DNA from: Candidatus Binatia bacterium
Lineage (GTDB): Bacteria > Desulfobacterota > Binatia > UBA9968 > JAJDTQ01
Assembly: GCA_963666515.2 (NCBI GenBank)
Contig: OY762897.2
Coordinates: 1,184,001 to 1,248,000 of the forward strand
DNA: 64,000 nucleotides
Direction: 5' to 3'
Position numbers and translations under genes: made by a program
The notes under the pieces: generated by a model
Database searches by the model: none
What the model was told of the DNA's origin: nothing
The model's input: the letters and a program-made list of their open reading frames with translations, nothing else
In this document: piece after piece, positions 1 through 10,869 of the stretch
How positions within the stretch are numbered: the stretch's first letter is position 1
How the letters are laid out: the number at the start of each line of letters is the position of its first letter

Positions 1-888
1 AAGCGCGTGAACGGCAGTTGCGGCGACCGCGTCCGCGGCATCCTGATCCCGCGCGAATCCGAATCCTGCACCCTCGACCTGCTGCGGGCCACCCGCAAGG
101 CCGCGGACGAACTGAAGGTGCCGATCTCGACCCACGCGGCCTACAACATCATCGAGTTCTACCAGCTCGTGACGGATCATCGCATGACTCCGGTGGAGCT
201 GCTGGAGTCGGTGGGCCTGCTGGGACCCGACCTCACCATCGGCCACGGGAACCTGGTGGCCGAGAACCCGCAGCTCAACTTCTCGGGCGGCCGCGACATC
301 GAGCTGATGGGGGAGTACGGCGTGTCCATCTCCCACTGCCCGGTGAACATCGCCCGCCGCGGCCGTTGCCTCGACTCCTGGGAGAAGTACCGCAAGGCCG
401 GCGTCAACATCGCGCTGGGCAGCGACACCTACCCGCGCGATTTCATGATGCAGATGCGCGTCGCCTCCTACTTCGGCAAGGTCATCGGCCACAACCTGCG
501 GTCGGCCACGGCCGCGGAGGTCTTCGAGGCCGCCACCTTGGGCGGGGCGCGGGCGCTTGGGCGGGACGACCTGGGGCGCCTGGCGCCGGGAGCCCGGGCG
601 GACATCATCATCGTGGATCTGTCCGGTCGCGGCACCCTCCGGTACGGGCCGGTGCGCGACCCCATCAAGGCCGTGGTGGAGTGCGGCATCGGCGACGACG
701 TCCGCACGGTCATCGTCGACGGCCAGGTGTGCGTGGAGGAGGGAGAAGTCCGCGGAGTGGATATGGAGACCCTGCGGGCGCAGGCGCAAGAGGCCGCGGA
801 GTCCGCCTGGGATCACTTGGCGGACTGGGACGCGCTGGGCCGCACCGCGGAGGAGATGAGCCCCTGGTCCTATCCGCTCATGAAATGA
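1..888 (+). CDS. Amidohydrolase family protein (chlorohydrolase/deaminase-like), 5'-truncated by window
   Basis: Frame open from base 1; STHAA, GH, SHCP, ALGSD and GRLAPGARADIIIVD motifs. Confidence 0.85.
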   Translation, partial: KRVNGSCGDRVRGILIPRESESCTLDLLRATRKAADELKVPISTHAAYNIIEFYQLVTDHRMTPVELLESVGLLGPDLTIGHGNLVAENPQLNFSGGRDIELMGEYGVSISHCPVNIARRGRCLDSWEKYRKAGVNIALGSDTYPRDFMMQMRVASYFGKVIGHNLRSATAAEVFEAATLGGARALGRDDLGRLAPGARADIIIVDLSGRGTLRYGPVRDPIKAVVECGIGDDVRTVIVDGQVCVEEGEVRGVDMETLRAQAQEAAESAWDHLADWDALGRTAEEMSPWSYPLMK

Positions 889-927
889 ACTTGTCCATGA
901 AGTGAACCCGTCCGCCAACGCCCGCAA

Positions 928-1046
928 CGTCATTCCGGCGGAAGCCGGAATCCAGGGGAGGCGGGGTAATGCGATTCCTGTCCCCCGCCACACCCCACCT
1001 GGATTCCGGCTTCCGCCGGAATGACGGAGGGGCTGCGGGAATGACG
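928..1046. repeat. REP-like inverted repeat pair between convergent genes
   Basis: 29-bp CGTCATTCCGGCGGAAGCCGGAATCCAGG (928-956) with exact reverse complement at 998-1026; partial third copy GCGGGAATGACG at 1035-1046. Confidence 0.8.
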
Positions 1047-1060
1047 GTTTCGCGGGGTGG

Positions 1061-1936
1061 TCAGCCGGTCCGGCGCTGCAGCAGGATTCCACCCACGATC
1101 AACGCCAGCCCCGCCACGGTGCTCGGGTAGATGGGCTCTCCCACGATCAGCGCGATCACCAGGAGCGAGAGAAACGGCGTCAGGTAGACCAGTTGCCCCA
1201 CCTGCGCCGTGGTGCGGGAGAGCTTCAGAGCCCGGAGCCAGGCGACGAACGCGATGCCCATCTCGAACGTGCCGATATACAAGGCCCCCGCCAGACCCGG
1301 TATCGCCGGCGTCTCCAGGGTGCCCGCGAGCCACGCGAAGGCGCCCGAGAAACCGCACCCGAACACGAAGTTGACCAGCAGCCGCGTCACCGGGTCGCGG
1401 CGGTCCTTCACGCCGTAGATCCAGTAAAGCGTCCAGATCAGCGTGCTTCCCAGCGCCAGCGCCACGCCCCGCGGGTTGGCCAGGTCGAGCGCCAGCAGGT
1501 CTCCCCGGGTGGCGATCACCGCCACGCCGGCGAAGCTGATGGCCATGGCCGCCACCGCGCGGACGCTGATGGGTTGCCGGAGCAGCAGGATGGAGAACAG
1601 CGCCAGCACCATGGGCCAGGTGAAGTTGAGGGTCAGAGCCTCCTGCGCCGGCAGCAGGTCGTAGGCCCTGAACAAGACGAGGTAGTAGAGGAAGGGGTTC
1701 AGGAGGCCCAGGCAAAGCGAGGCGCAGAGGTCGCGGAGGTCCCACTCCCGGAGCTGCCGCATACGCCCGGTAGCCAGGGTGATGCAGAGCAGCACGCCGG
1801 TGGAGACCAGCGAGGAGTAGAACACCAGGGCGTCGGCGCCCACATGGCGCAGAGAGAGCTTGAACGCGGTCGCCACGGTGGACCAGCAGGCCACGGTGGC
1901 GGCGGCGTAGAGGTAGGCCTTGGTCTGGTTCTGCAT
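1061..1936 (-). CDS. DMT/EamA family transporter
   Basis: 291 aa, about 10 hydrophobic segments in two EamA repeats. Confidence 0.85.
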   Translation of the reverse strand: MQNQTKAYLYAAATVACWSTVATAFKLSLRHVGADALVFYSSLVSTGVLLCITLATGRMRQLREWDLRDLCASLCLGLLNPFLYYLVLFRAYDLLPAQEALTLNFTWPMVLALFSILLLRQPISVRAVAAMAISFAGVAVIATRGDLLALDLANPRGVALALGSTLIWTLYWIYGVKDRRDPVTRLLVNFVFGCGFSGAFAWLAGTLETPAIPGLAGALYIGTFEMGIAFVAWLRALKLSRTTAQVGQLVYLTPFLSLLVIALIVGEPIYPSTVAGLALIVGGILLQRRTG

Positions 1937-2099
1937 GGACGGTTCGCCGTTCCGGCAACGCTACCACGATTCCGGTCCGCCATCGACGCCGCCCCGAATC
2001 CCCGGCCTCGACAAAAACCTTTGGCGACGCGGAGTTGCAATTGCACCGGCATTCCGCTACCGTAGCCTTTCGTTCGCAGTTCATCCCTCGAGGTTTTCA

Positions 2100-3176
2100 T
2101 TGAGTCGTAGAGAATCGGTAGATGCCCTCCGAAAAAAGATCGACCGAGTTGATTCCAGGATTGTAGAGCTTCTCAACGAGAGAGCATCCCTTGCCCTGAA
2201 GATCGGGCATCACAAGCATCAGACAGGAAAGCCCGTTTACGTGGCCAGCCGCGAGCGGGCCGTGTACCGGCAGATAACCGAAGCCAGCACGGGGCCGTTG
2301 CCGGCGGCGTCCCTCCGCGCCGTCTTCCGGGAGGTGTTGTCGGCCTGCCGCGGCATCGAGGCGCGGATGAACGTGGCGTTCTTCGGCCCCGAGGCGACCT
2401 TCACCCACATGGCCGCGCAGCGGCATTTCGGCAGCACCGTAGACTACTCCCCCGAGCCCACCATCGACGACGTCTTCCGGGAAGTGAGCGCCCGCAACGT
2501 CGACTACGGCGTGGTCCCCGTGGAGAACTCCACCGAAGGGGTGGTGACCCACACCCTGGACCTGCTGCAGGAGTCGGACGTCCAGATCTGCGGAGAGGTC
2601 AGCATCGATATCGAGCTGTGCCTGCTGTCCCGGTCGGGACGGGCGAAGGACGTGCGGCGCATCCTCTCCCATCCTCATGCCCTGGGCCAGTGCCGGCGCT
2701 GGCTCGCCGCCCACCACTCCGACGCCGTTGTCGAGGAGGTGTCGAGCACGGCGCAAGCCGCCAAGGAGGCGCGCTCGGACCGCACCGCCGCGGCGGTGTC
2801 CAGCCGGCTCGCCGGCGACATCTATGGGCTCAGGATCGTCCAGGCCAACATCGCCGACAACCACGACAACATCACGCGGTTCTTCGTGATCGGGGACGAT
2901 GCGCCGTCGTCCACGGGCGAGGACAAGACCAGCATCGTCTTCGCGGCCAAGGACCGTGTCGGCGTGCTCCACGACATGCTGGCGCCGTTCGCGAAGCACG
3001 GCATCAACCTCACCAAGATCGAGTCGCGTCCGTCGCGCCAGAAGGCTTGGGAGTACGTGTTTTTCATCGATTTCAGAGGCCATCAACAGGAACCCCGAGT
3101 GAAGCGCGCCCTGGGCCAGCTCGCCGCGAGCTGCGTCTTTCTCAAGGTCCTCGGATCCTATCCCAGCAGCCTATGA
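2100..3176 (+). CDS. pheA: Chorismate mutase/prephenate dehydratase (P-protein)
   Basis: LRKKIDRVD CM domain, ENSTEG, TRF, IESRPS ACT motif; TTG start inferred. Confidence 0.93.
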   Translation: MSRRESVDALRKKIDRVDSRIVELLNERASLALKIGHHKHQTGKPVYVASRERAVYRQITEASTGPLPAASLRAVFREVLSACRGIEARMNVAFFGPEATFTHMAAQRHFGSTVDYSPEPTIDDVFREVSARNVDYGVVPVENSTEGVVTHTLDLLQESDVQICGEVSIDIELCLLSRSGRAKDVRRILSHPHALGQCRRWLAAHHSDAVVEEVSSTAQAAKEARSDRTAAAVSSRLAGDIYGLRIVQANIADNHDNITRFFVIGDDAPSSTGEDKTSIVFAAKDRVGVLHDMLAPFAKHGINLTKIESRPSRQKAWEYVFFIDFRGHQQEPRVKRALGQLAASCVFLKVLGSYPSSL

Positions 3177-4279
3177 GCATCGTCGAAAAGGTTCCGGACC
3201 ATATCCGCCGCATCGTGCCGTACGTGCCAGGCAAGCCCATCGACGAGGTGGAGCGGGAATACGGCATCCAGGGATCGGCCAAGCTGGCGTCCAACGAGAA
3301 CCCCCTGGGGCCGTCGCCCAAGGCCGTGGCCGCGATGCGGGAGCGGCTGGAGGAGTTGCACCTCTATCCGGACGGCGGCTGCTTCCATCTCCGGCAGGTC
3401 CTGGCCGCCAAGCTCGACGTGGAGCCCGAGCGGCTGATCTTCGGCAACGGCTCCAACGAGTTGATCGAGCTGGCGGTGCGGACGTTCCTGCGTCCGGGGG
3501 ACGAGGCTCTGATCTCCCGGGGCTCCTTCGTGGCCTACGGCCTGGCGCTGGACGCCCTGGGCGCCACGGTCCGGGCGGTGCCGCTGAAGGACTACGGTTT
3601 CGACCTGGAAGCCATGGCCCGGGCCTTGACGCCGGAGACCCGTTGCGTCTTCCTGGCCAACCCCAACAACCCCACGGGCACCATCTACAGGCGGCCCGAG
3701 TGGGAGGAGTTCCTCGAGCGGGTGGGCCCCGAGGTGCTGGTGGTGGCGGACGAGGCCTACTGCGAGTACGCCGCGGACCCGGACTACCCGGACTCCCTCG
3801 ATGATCGCCGCCCGGACCGCACGGTCCTGACCCTCAGGACCTTCTCCAAGGTGTACGGGCTCGCGGGGCTCCGCATCGGGTACGGCATCGCCCAACCCGA
3901 GGTGGTGGCGATGATGAACCTGGTGAGGGAGCCCTTCAACGTCAACGCTGCGGCCCAGTGGGCGGCGACCGCGGCGGTGGACGACGCCGAGCACCTGCGC
4001 CGGAGCATCGAGGTCAACCGGCAGGGGCTGGAGTTTCTGACGGACGGCCTCACGGCCCTCGGCGTCGAATGGGTGCCGAGCCAGGCCAATTTCATCCTGG
4101 TGCGCACCGGCGAACCGGGCCGCGTGTACGAAGCGCTGCTGCGCAGGGGCGTCATCGTGCGGCCCGTGGGCCCCGACTTTCCCGAGCACGTGCGCGTGAC
4201 CGTGGGGACCCCGGACGAGAACCGCAAGTTCCTGGACGGCCTGGCGCAGATCCGGGAGGCGGACGGGGGCGGGCGCTGA
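3173..4279 (+). CDS. hisC: Histidinol-phosphate aminotransferase
   Basis: KLASNENP, NPNNPTG, RTFSKVYGLAGLRIGY; ATGA overlap with pheA stop. Confidence 0.93.
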   Translation: MSIVEKVPDHIRRIVPYVPGKPIDEVEREYGIQGSAKLASNENPLGPSPKAVAAMRERLEELHLYPDGGCFHLRQVLAAKLDVEPERLIFGNGSNELIELAVRTFLRPGDEALISRGSFVAYGLALDALGATVRAVPLKDYGFDLEAMARALTPETRCVFLANPNNPTGTIYRRPEWEEFLERVGPEVLVVADEAYCEYAADPDYPDSLDDRRPDRTVLTLRTFSKVYGLAGLRIGYGIAQPEVVAMMNLVREPFNVNAAAQWAATAAVDDAEHLRRSIEVNRQGLEFLTDGLTALGVEWVPSQANFILVRTGEPGRVYEALLRRGVIVRPVGPDFPEHVRVTVGTPDENRKFLDGLAQIREADGGGR

Positions 4280-5133
4280 TGTTCCGGACCATGGTGATCG
4301 CGGGCGTGGGGCTCATCGGCGGCTCGATGGCGCTGGCGGCCAGGGAGCGCGGGCTGGTGGAACGGGTCGTGGGATACGGCCGCAACGAGAAGACCCTGCG
4401 CCGGGGACGGAAGATAGGCATCCTGGACGGCTATTTTCTGGACCCCGGTGATTTTCCCGGGGAGGCCGATTTCCTGGTGCTGGCCACGCCGGTGGGCGCC
4501 ACGGCGCCGGTGACCCGGTCGTTCCTCCCGCGCATCCACCCGCGTTGCCTCATCAGCGACGTCGGCAGCGTGAAGCGCCGGGTGGTGGCGGACATGGAGC
4601 GGTTGCTGAAGGGGGGTCCCCCGTTCGTGGGCGCGCATCCCATCGCCGGCAGCGAACAGTGGGGTCCCGACGCGGCCAGGGCGGACCTGTTCGTCCGCCG
4701 CCGCTGCATCCTGACCCCGACCGGAAAAAGCGATCCCCGGGCGGTGAGGAAGCTGCAGGCGTTCTGGCGCCGGGTCGGGTCCAGGGTCGAGCTGATGGAC
4801 GTGCGTCTCCACGACCGGATACTGGGCGTGGTCAGCCACCTGCCTCACGTGGCCGCCTCGGCGCTGGTGAACGCCCTGGAGCGGACGAGGATCGATTCGC
4901 TGGACCTGGCCGAGTATTGCGGGTCGGGGTTCCGGGACACCACCCGTATCGCCGCGGGGCGGCCGGAGCTGTGGCGCGATATCTGCCTGCTCAACCGCGA
5001 GGCCGTGCTCAAGGGGCTCCGGGAGTACGTGCGGGCGCTGGAGAGGATCTCGGACAGCATCCGCCGGGACGACGGGCCGCGGCTGGAGCGGGAGCTGGAA
5101 CAGGCGTTGGCGACGCGCAAGAGGATGTCGTAG
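4279..5133 (+). CDS. tyrA: Prephenate/arogenate dehydrogenase
   Basis: GVGLIGGS, DVGSVK, HPIAGSE, SHLPH, GFRDTTRIA. Confidence 0.92.
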   Translation: MFRTMVIAGVGLIGGSMALAARERGLVERVVGYGRNEKTLRRGRKIGILDGYFLDPGDFPGEADFLVLATPVGATAPVTRSFLPRIHPRCLISDVGSVKRRVVADMERLLKGGPPFVGAHPIAGSEQWGPDAARADLFVRRRCILTPTGKSDPRAVRKLQAFWRRVGSRVELMDVRLHDRILGVVSHLPHVAASALVNALERTRIDSLDLAEYCGSGFRDTTRIAAGRPELWRDICLLNREAVLKGLREYVRALERISDSIRRDDGPRLERELEQALATRKRMS

Positions 5134-5136
5134 GAC

Positions 5137-6417
5137 ATGGCGGTCAGGGTCGAACAGGCGACGCGGCCCCTGCGGGGCGAGCTGGAGGTTCCCGGGGACA
5201 AGTCCGTCGGGCATCGCGCCGTGATCATGGGGGCGGTGGCGCGGGGCGAGACGCGCATCGCCAACCTGTCCCGCGGGGCCGACAACTCCAGCACGGTGAC
5301 GGCGTTCAGGGGCATGGGCGTGCGGTTCCGGCGCGACGACGACGTGTTGTGCATCGAAGGCCGGGGCTGGGACGGGTTGCAGGCGCCCGGCGAAACCGTC
5401 GACTGCGGCAACTCCGGCACCACCATGCGGCTGCTCGCGGGAGTGCTGGCGGGCCGGCCCTTCGAGGCCTGCCTCGACGGCGACGGCTCCCTCCGCACCC
5501 GGCCGATGAAACGGATCATCGAGCCGCTGACGCGGATGGGAGCCCGGGTGACCGGCAACGACGGCAGCGCGCCCCTGGAGATCCACGGCGGGGGCCTCCA
5601 CGGCATCGAGTACGCTTCGCCGGTGGCCAGCGCCCAGGTGAAGTCCGCGGTGCTGCTGGCGGGCTTGCAGGCCGGCGGGGAGACCTGCTTCGAGGAGCCG
5701 CACCGGTCGCGGGACCACACGGAGATCATGGCCCGGGGCTTCGGCGCCTCGGTGGAAAGCGACGACCGGACGGTGAGGGTACGGGGCGGACAGGAGCTTT
5801 CGGGGACGCGGCTCAGGGTCCCGGGCGACCTGTCGTCCGCCGCGTTCCTGTTCGTGGCCGCGGCGACCATACCGGGTTCCGACGTGTGCGTCCGCGGCGT
5901 GGGCTGCAATCCCACCCGCGGCGGCGTCATCGACGTGCTGCGGGCCATGGGCGCGGACATCGAGGTGACGCGGACCTGGGAGGAAGCGAACGAGCCGGTG
6001 GCCGACTTCCGGGTCCGGGGCGGCGTGCTCAAGGGCACGGAGGTCGAGCCGGAGCTGGCCCCCCGGACCATTGACGAGTATCCGGTGCTGTTCGTGGCCG
6101 CGGCGCTGGCCGAGGGGTCCACGCTGTTCCGCGACGTGGGCGAGTTGCGGTTCAAGGAATCCGACCGCATCGCCACCATGAGCCGCGAGCTTTCGAAGAT
6201 GGGCGTGAAGGTGGACGTGAGCGGCGACGACGTGCGGGTCGAGGGCGCCGGCGCGCTCAGGAGCGCGTCGGTGGAGAGTCACGGCGACCACCGGGTGGCC
6301 ATGGCGCTGGCGGTCGCCGGCCTGTCGACGCCGGGCGGGATGCTCCTGTCGGACGAGGAATGCGTCAAGGTATCCTTCCCGGGTTTCTTCGAGAGCCTGG
6401 CGAAGATCCGCGCCTGA
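5137..6417 (+). CDS. aroA: 3-phosphoshikimate 1-carboxyvinyltransferase
   Basis: PGDKS, GNSGTT, SAQVKS, RDHTE, KESDR, DHR motifs. Confidence 0.96.
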   Translation: MAVRVEQATRPLRGELEVPGDKSVGHRAVIMGAVARGETRIANLSRGADNSSTVTAFRGMGVRFRRDDDVLCIEGRGWDGLQAPGETVDCGNSGTTMRLLAGVLAGRPFEACLDGDGSLRTRPMKRIIEPLTRMGARVTGNDGSAPLEIHGGGLHGIEYASPVASAQVKSAVLLAGLQAGGETCFEEPHRSRDHTEIMARGFGASVESDDRTVRVRGGQELSGTRLRVPGDLSSAAFLFVAAATIPGSDVCVRGVGCNPTRGGVIDVLRAMGADIEVTRTWEEANEPVADFRVRGGVLKGTEVEPELAPRTIDEYPVLFVAAALAEGSTLFRDVGELRFKESDRIATMSRELSKMGVKVDVSGDDVRVEGAGALRSASVESHGDHRVAMALAVAGLSTPGGMLLSDEECVKVSFPGFFESLAKIRA

Positions 6418-6485
6418 GAGGGTCGGTGCGCGAAGTTCGGTTCCGGGCCACCGGTTGTGCCCGGTGGCGAGTGAGGATAGGATAG

Positions 6486-7156
<671 letters not shown>

Positions 7157-7160
<4 letters not shown>

Positions 7161-9004
7161 CCGAAGGTGAGGAGAACAGGAGCGAGGAGACTTCGCAGGG
7201 CCACGAGACTTCGCCGGTCGAAGAGACTTCGGCGGTGACGGAGACTGCGGCGGCGCAGGAAGAGCCGGCGGGCCAGGAGCAGCCGGCGGCCGAGGACGAC
7301 TTTCAGTCGCTGTTCGAGGAGAGCCTGCAGGCGGTGAAGCCGGGCGGCGTGGTCACCGGAAAGGTGGTCGATGTCAACCCGACCCACGTGGTGGTGGACG
7401 TGGGCTACAAGACCGAAGGCCGCATCCCGGTCCAGGAGTTCCAGGACCGCACGGGAACGCTGCAGGTGGGCATCGGCGACGACGTGGACGTCTTCTTCGA
7501 GTCCCCCGAAGGGGACCGGGGCGAGATCGTGCTGTCCCGCCAGAAGGCCGAGAGCATCAAGGTGTGGGACCGCATCGAGAAGGCGCACGACCAGATGACC
7601 CCCATCGAGGGCACCATCGTCGCCCGGGTCAAGGGCGGCTTCAAGGTGGACCTGGGCGTGGACGGTTTCCTTCCCGGCTCCCACGTGGACATACGGCCGA
7701 CCCGGAACCTCGACCAGTTCGTGGGCAAACGGGACCGTTTCACGATCCTCAAGTACAACAGGATGCGCGACAACGTCGTGGTTTCGCGCAAGGTGCTGCT
7801 CGAGAAGGAACGCGAGGTGCTCAAGAAGGAGACTCTCGCGGTCCTCGACGAGGGCGTGATCCTGGAGGGGGTGGTCAAGAACATCACGGACTACGGCGCG
7901 TTCGTCGACGTGGGCGGCATCGACGGGATCCTCCACATCACCGACATGTCGTGGGGCCGCGTGAACCACCCGAGCGACCTGTTGAGCCTCGGCGAGACCA
8001 TCCGTGTGGTGGTGCTCAAGTTCGACAAGGAGAGAGAGCGGATCTCCCTGGGGATGAAGCAGATCACCCCGGACCCCTGGGAGTCGGTGGCGGAACGGTA
8101 TCCGGTGGACTCGAAGATCACCGGCAAGGTGGTGGGCCTGACCGACTACGGCGCGTTCGTGGAGCTGGAGAAGGGCGTCGAGGGGCTGATCCACGTGTCG
8201 GAGATGTCCTGGGCCAAGAAGCTGTCCCACCCCTCCAAGGTGGTCCAGGTGGGGGAGACCGTGGAGGCCATGGTCCTGAACGTGGATCCCGGGCGCCGGC
8301 GCATTTCGCTGGGGCTGCGCCAGGTGCTCCCCAACCCGTGGTTCCTGGCGAAGGAGAAGTACCCCGAAGGCAGCATCGTCAAGGGCCCGGTGCGCAACAT
8401 CACGGACTTCGGAGTGTTCGTGGGGGTCGAGGAGGGGATCGACGGACTGATCCACATCTCGGACCTGGACTGGACCCGGAAGATCAAGCACCCCTCGGAG
8501 CTCTACAAGAAGGGCGACATGGTGGAGGCCAAGGTGCTCGGCGTCGACCCGCAGGTGGAGCGCTTCTCGCTCGGTGTGAAGCAGATGACCATGGATCCGT
8601 GGGAACGGGTGGTCAAGGAGAACCCGCCGGGGTCGCGGGTCACGGGAGCCGTCGTGCGGGTGCTCGACTTCGGAGTGTTCGTGCGCGTGGCCGAAGGCGT
8701 GGAGGGGTTGATCCACGTGTCCCAGCTCAGCACCGAGCACGTCGAGAAGCCTTCGAGCCTCTACCAGGTGGGCGACGAGGTCGAGGCGGAAGTGGTCAAC
8801 GTGGACCTGAAGGAACGGAAGATCGGGCTCAGCATCCGCGCGCTCAAGCGGTCCGAGGAAAGGGAGGAGCTGGAGACCTATCTGAAGCGCGAGAAGGAGG
8901 CGGGCCGGTTCTCGTTCGAGACCATCCTGAACGAGGAGCTGAAGCTGGACCGGGAAGGTCGCCCGGAGGCAGAGACGCAAGACAGCGACAAGGACAAGGC
9001 ATAG
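7157..9004 (+). CDS. rpsA: 30S ribosomal protein S1
   Basis: Six S1 repeats (YGAFV..GLIHVS); conserved cmk-rpsA-ihfB order. Confidence 0.97.
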
Positions 9005-9046
9005 AGGCCGCCAGCTTGCGCCGGATGCACCTTTTCGGGGAACGGC

Positions 9047-9346
9047 ATGACAAAGCGAGACCTGATCGAAGAGATCAATGAACGATTTCCCCACCTCTCC
9101 CGTTTCGACGCGGAGGTGATCGTCAATTCGGTCTTCGACTCCCTGATCGCCGCCCTGCAACGGGAAGAACGCATCGAGATCCGCGGCTTCGGCAGTTTCG
9201 TGGTAAAGCACCGCCGGGCTCGCGACGGGCGCAACCCCAAGACCGGGGAGGTCGTATCCGTGTCCTCCAAGCGAGTGCCGTTTTTCAAGGTTGGCAAGGA
9301 GCTTCGCCTGCGGGTCAACCAGAGCCCTGCTGCCGAGGATGGATGA
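9047..9346 (+). CDS. ihfB: Integration host factor subunit beta
   Basis: RIEIRGFGSF, GRNPKTGE, FKVGKELR; follows rpsA. Confidence 0.92.
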   Translation: MTKRDLIEEINERFPHLSRFDAEVIVNSVFDSLIAALQREERIEIRGFGSFVVKHRRARDGRNPKTGEVVSVSSKRVPFFKVGKELRLRVNQSPAAEDG

Positions 9347-10796
9347 AGCTTCAAGAAACACAGCGACAGGATCGAATGGTCTGGCAGGAGGAACCCGAGT
9401 GGAATCCATCGACACCCTGGGCGAACTGAAACGCAGCGGAATCGCCGTGAGGTCCGTGCGCGACGAGATGCGCAACAACCTCATGAATCTTCTCAAGTCC
9501 GGGGAGCGCATGCTGCCGGGCATCGTGGGCTACGACGAGACGGTGGTCCCGGAGATCGAGAACGCCATCCTGTCGGGCCATCACATGGTCTTTCTCGGCG
9601 AGCGGGGTCAGGCCAAGTCGCGCATCATCCGCGGCCTCACGCTGTTGCTGGACGAGAAGATCCCGCGGGTGAAGGGTTGCGAGATCAACTGCGACCCCTT
9701 CCAGGTGATCTGCGCTCCGTGCCGGCGCCGCCTCAACGAGCAGGGCGACGACCTGGAGGTGGAGTGGATCGGCCGGGAACACCGCTACGGCGAGAAGCTG
9801 GCGACCCCGGACGTGTCCATCGCCGACCTCATCGGCGAGATCGATCCCATCAAGGTCGCGGAAGGGCGCTACTTGGCCGACGAGGAGACCATCCACTACG
9901 GCCTGATCCCCCGCACCAACCGCGGCGTCTTCGCGGTCAACGAGCTGCCCGACCTGACGGAGAAGGTGCAGGTGGGGCTCTTCAATCTCATGGAGGAGAA
10001 GGACGTCCAGATCAAGGGGTACAAGGTCCGTCTTCCCCTCGACGTGGTCATCGTGGCCAGCGCCAACCCCGAGGACTATACCAGCCGCGGCCGCATCATC
10101 ACGCCCTTGAAGGACCGCTTCGACGTGCAGATCCGCACCCACTATCCGCGCCAAGTGGAGCACGAGATCGACATCATGGAGCAGGAATCCGCCTCGCTCG
10201 ACGGCCGCAGCCGGGCGGTGGTGATCCCCGAGTTCATGAAGGAGGTGCTGGGCCACCTGACCTTCGAGGCGCGCAACTCCAGCGAGATCAACCAGTCCTC
10301 CGGCGTCAGCGTCCGCATCAGCATCAACAACTACGAGAGCATGATCAGCAACGCGGAGAAACGAGCGCTGCGGCTGGGCGAGACCGACATCGTGCCGCGG
10401 GTCAGCGACCTGCACGCGGTGCTTCCCTCCACCTGCGGAAAGATCGAGGTCGAGTACGTGGGCGAGGAGAAGAACGAGGAAGAGCTGATCGAGCGGCTCC
10501 TGAACCGGGCGATCCTCAAGACCTTCGACGCCCGCTTCGACGTGAACGCGCTTCAGAGCGTCATCGAGTACTTCAACTCGGGCTGGGGGGTGGAGGTCTC
10601 CGACGAGATGCGCTCGGAGGACTACCTGGAGGGCATCAAGGAGATACCGGGCCTGCAGGAAGCCATCCGCTCCCTGGGGGAGGTGGACTCGCCGGGTTTC
10701 CTGGCCTCCGCCACGGAGCTGGTGCTGGAGGGCCTGCACCTGCACCAGAAGCTCAACAAAGAGGCCGAAGGGGGCCGCATCACCTATGGCAAGTGA
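9339..10796 (+). CDS. Mg-chelatase-like AAA+ ATPase
   Basis: Walker A GERGQAKS, NELPDL, SANPEDYTSRGRIITPLKDRF. Confidence 0.85.
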   Translation: MDEASRNTATGSNGLAGGTRVESIDTLGELKRSGIAVRSVRDEMRNNLMNLLKSGERMLPGIVGYDETVVPEIENAILSGHHMVFLGERGQAKSRIIRGLTLLLDEKIPRVKGCEINCDPFQVICAPCRRRLNEQGDDLEVEWIGREHRYGEKLATPDVSIADLIGEIDPIKVAEGRYLADEETIHYGLIPRTNRGVFAVNELPDLTEKVQVGLFNLMEEKDVQIKGYKVRLPLDVVIVASANPEDYTSRGRIITPLKDRFDVQIRTHYPRQVEHEIDIMEQESASLDGRSRAVVIPEFMKEVLGHLTFEARNSSEINQSSGVSVRISINNYESMISNAEKRALRLGETDIVPRVSDLHAVLPSTCGKIEVEYVGEEKNEEELIERLLNRAILKTFDARFDVNALQSVIEYFNSGWGVEVSDEMRSEDYLEGIKEIPGLQEAIRSLGEVDSPGFLASATELVLEGLHLHQKLNKEAEGGRITYGK

Positions 10797-10869
10797 TTGC
10801 CGGCTCACGGGCCGAAGCCCGCTCGCAGGAACCGCCGTCCCGCGCCGCGCGAGCCGCGGTTGACCCGTC

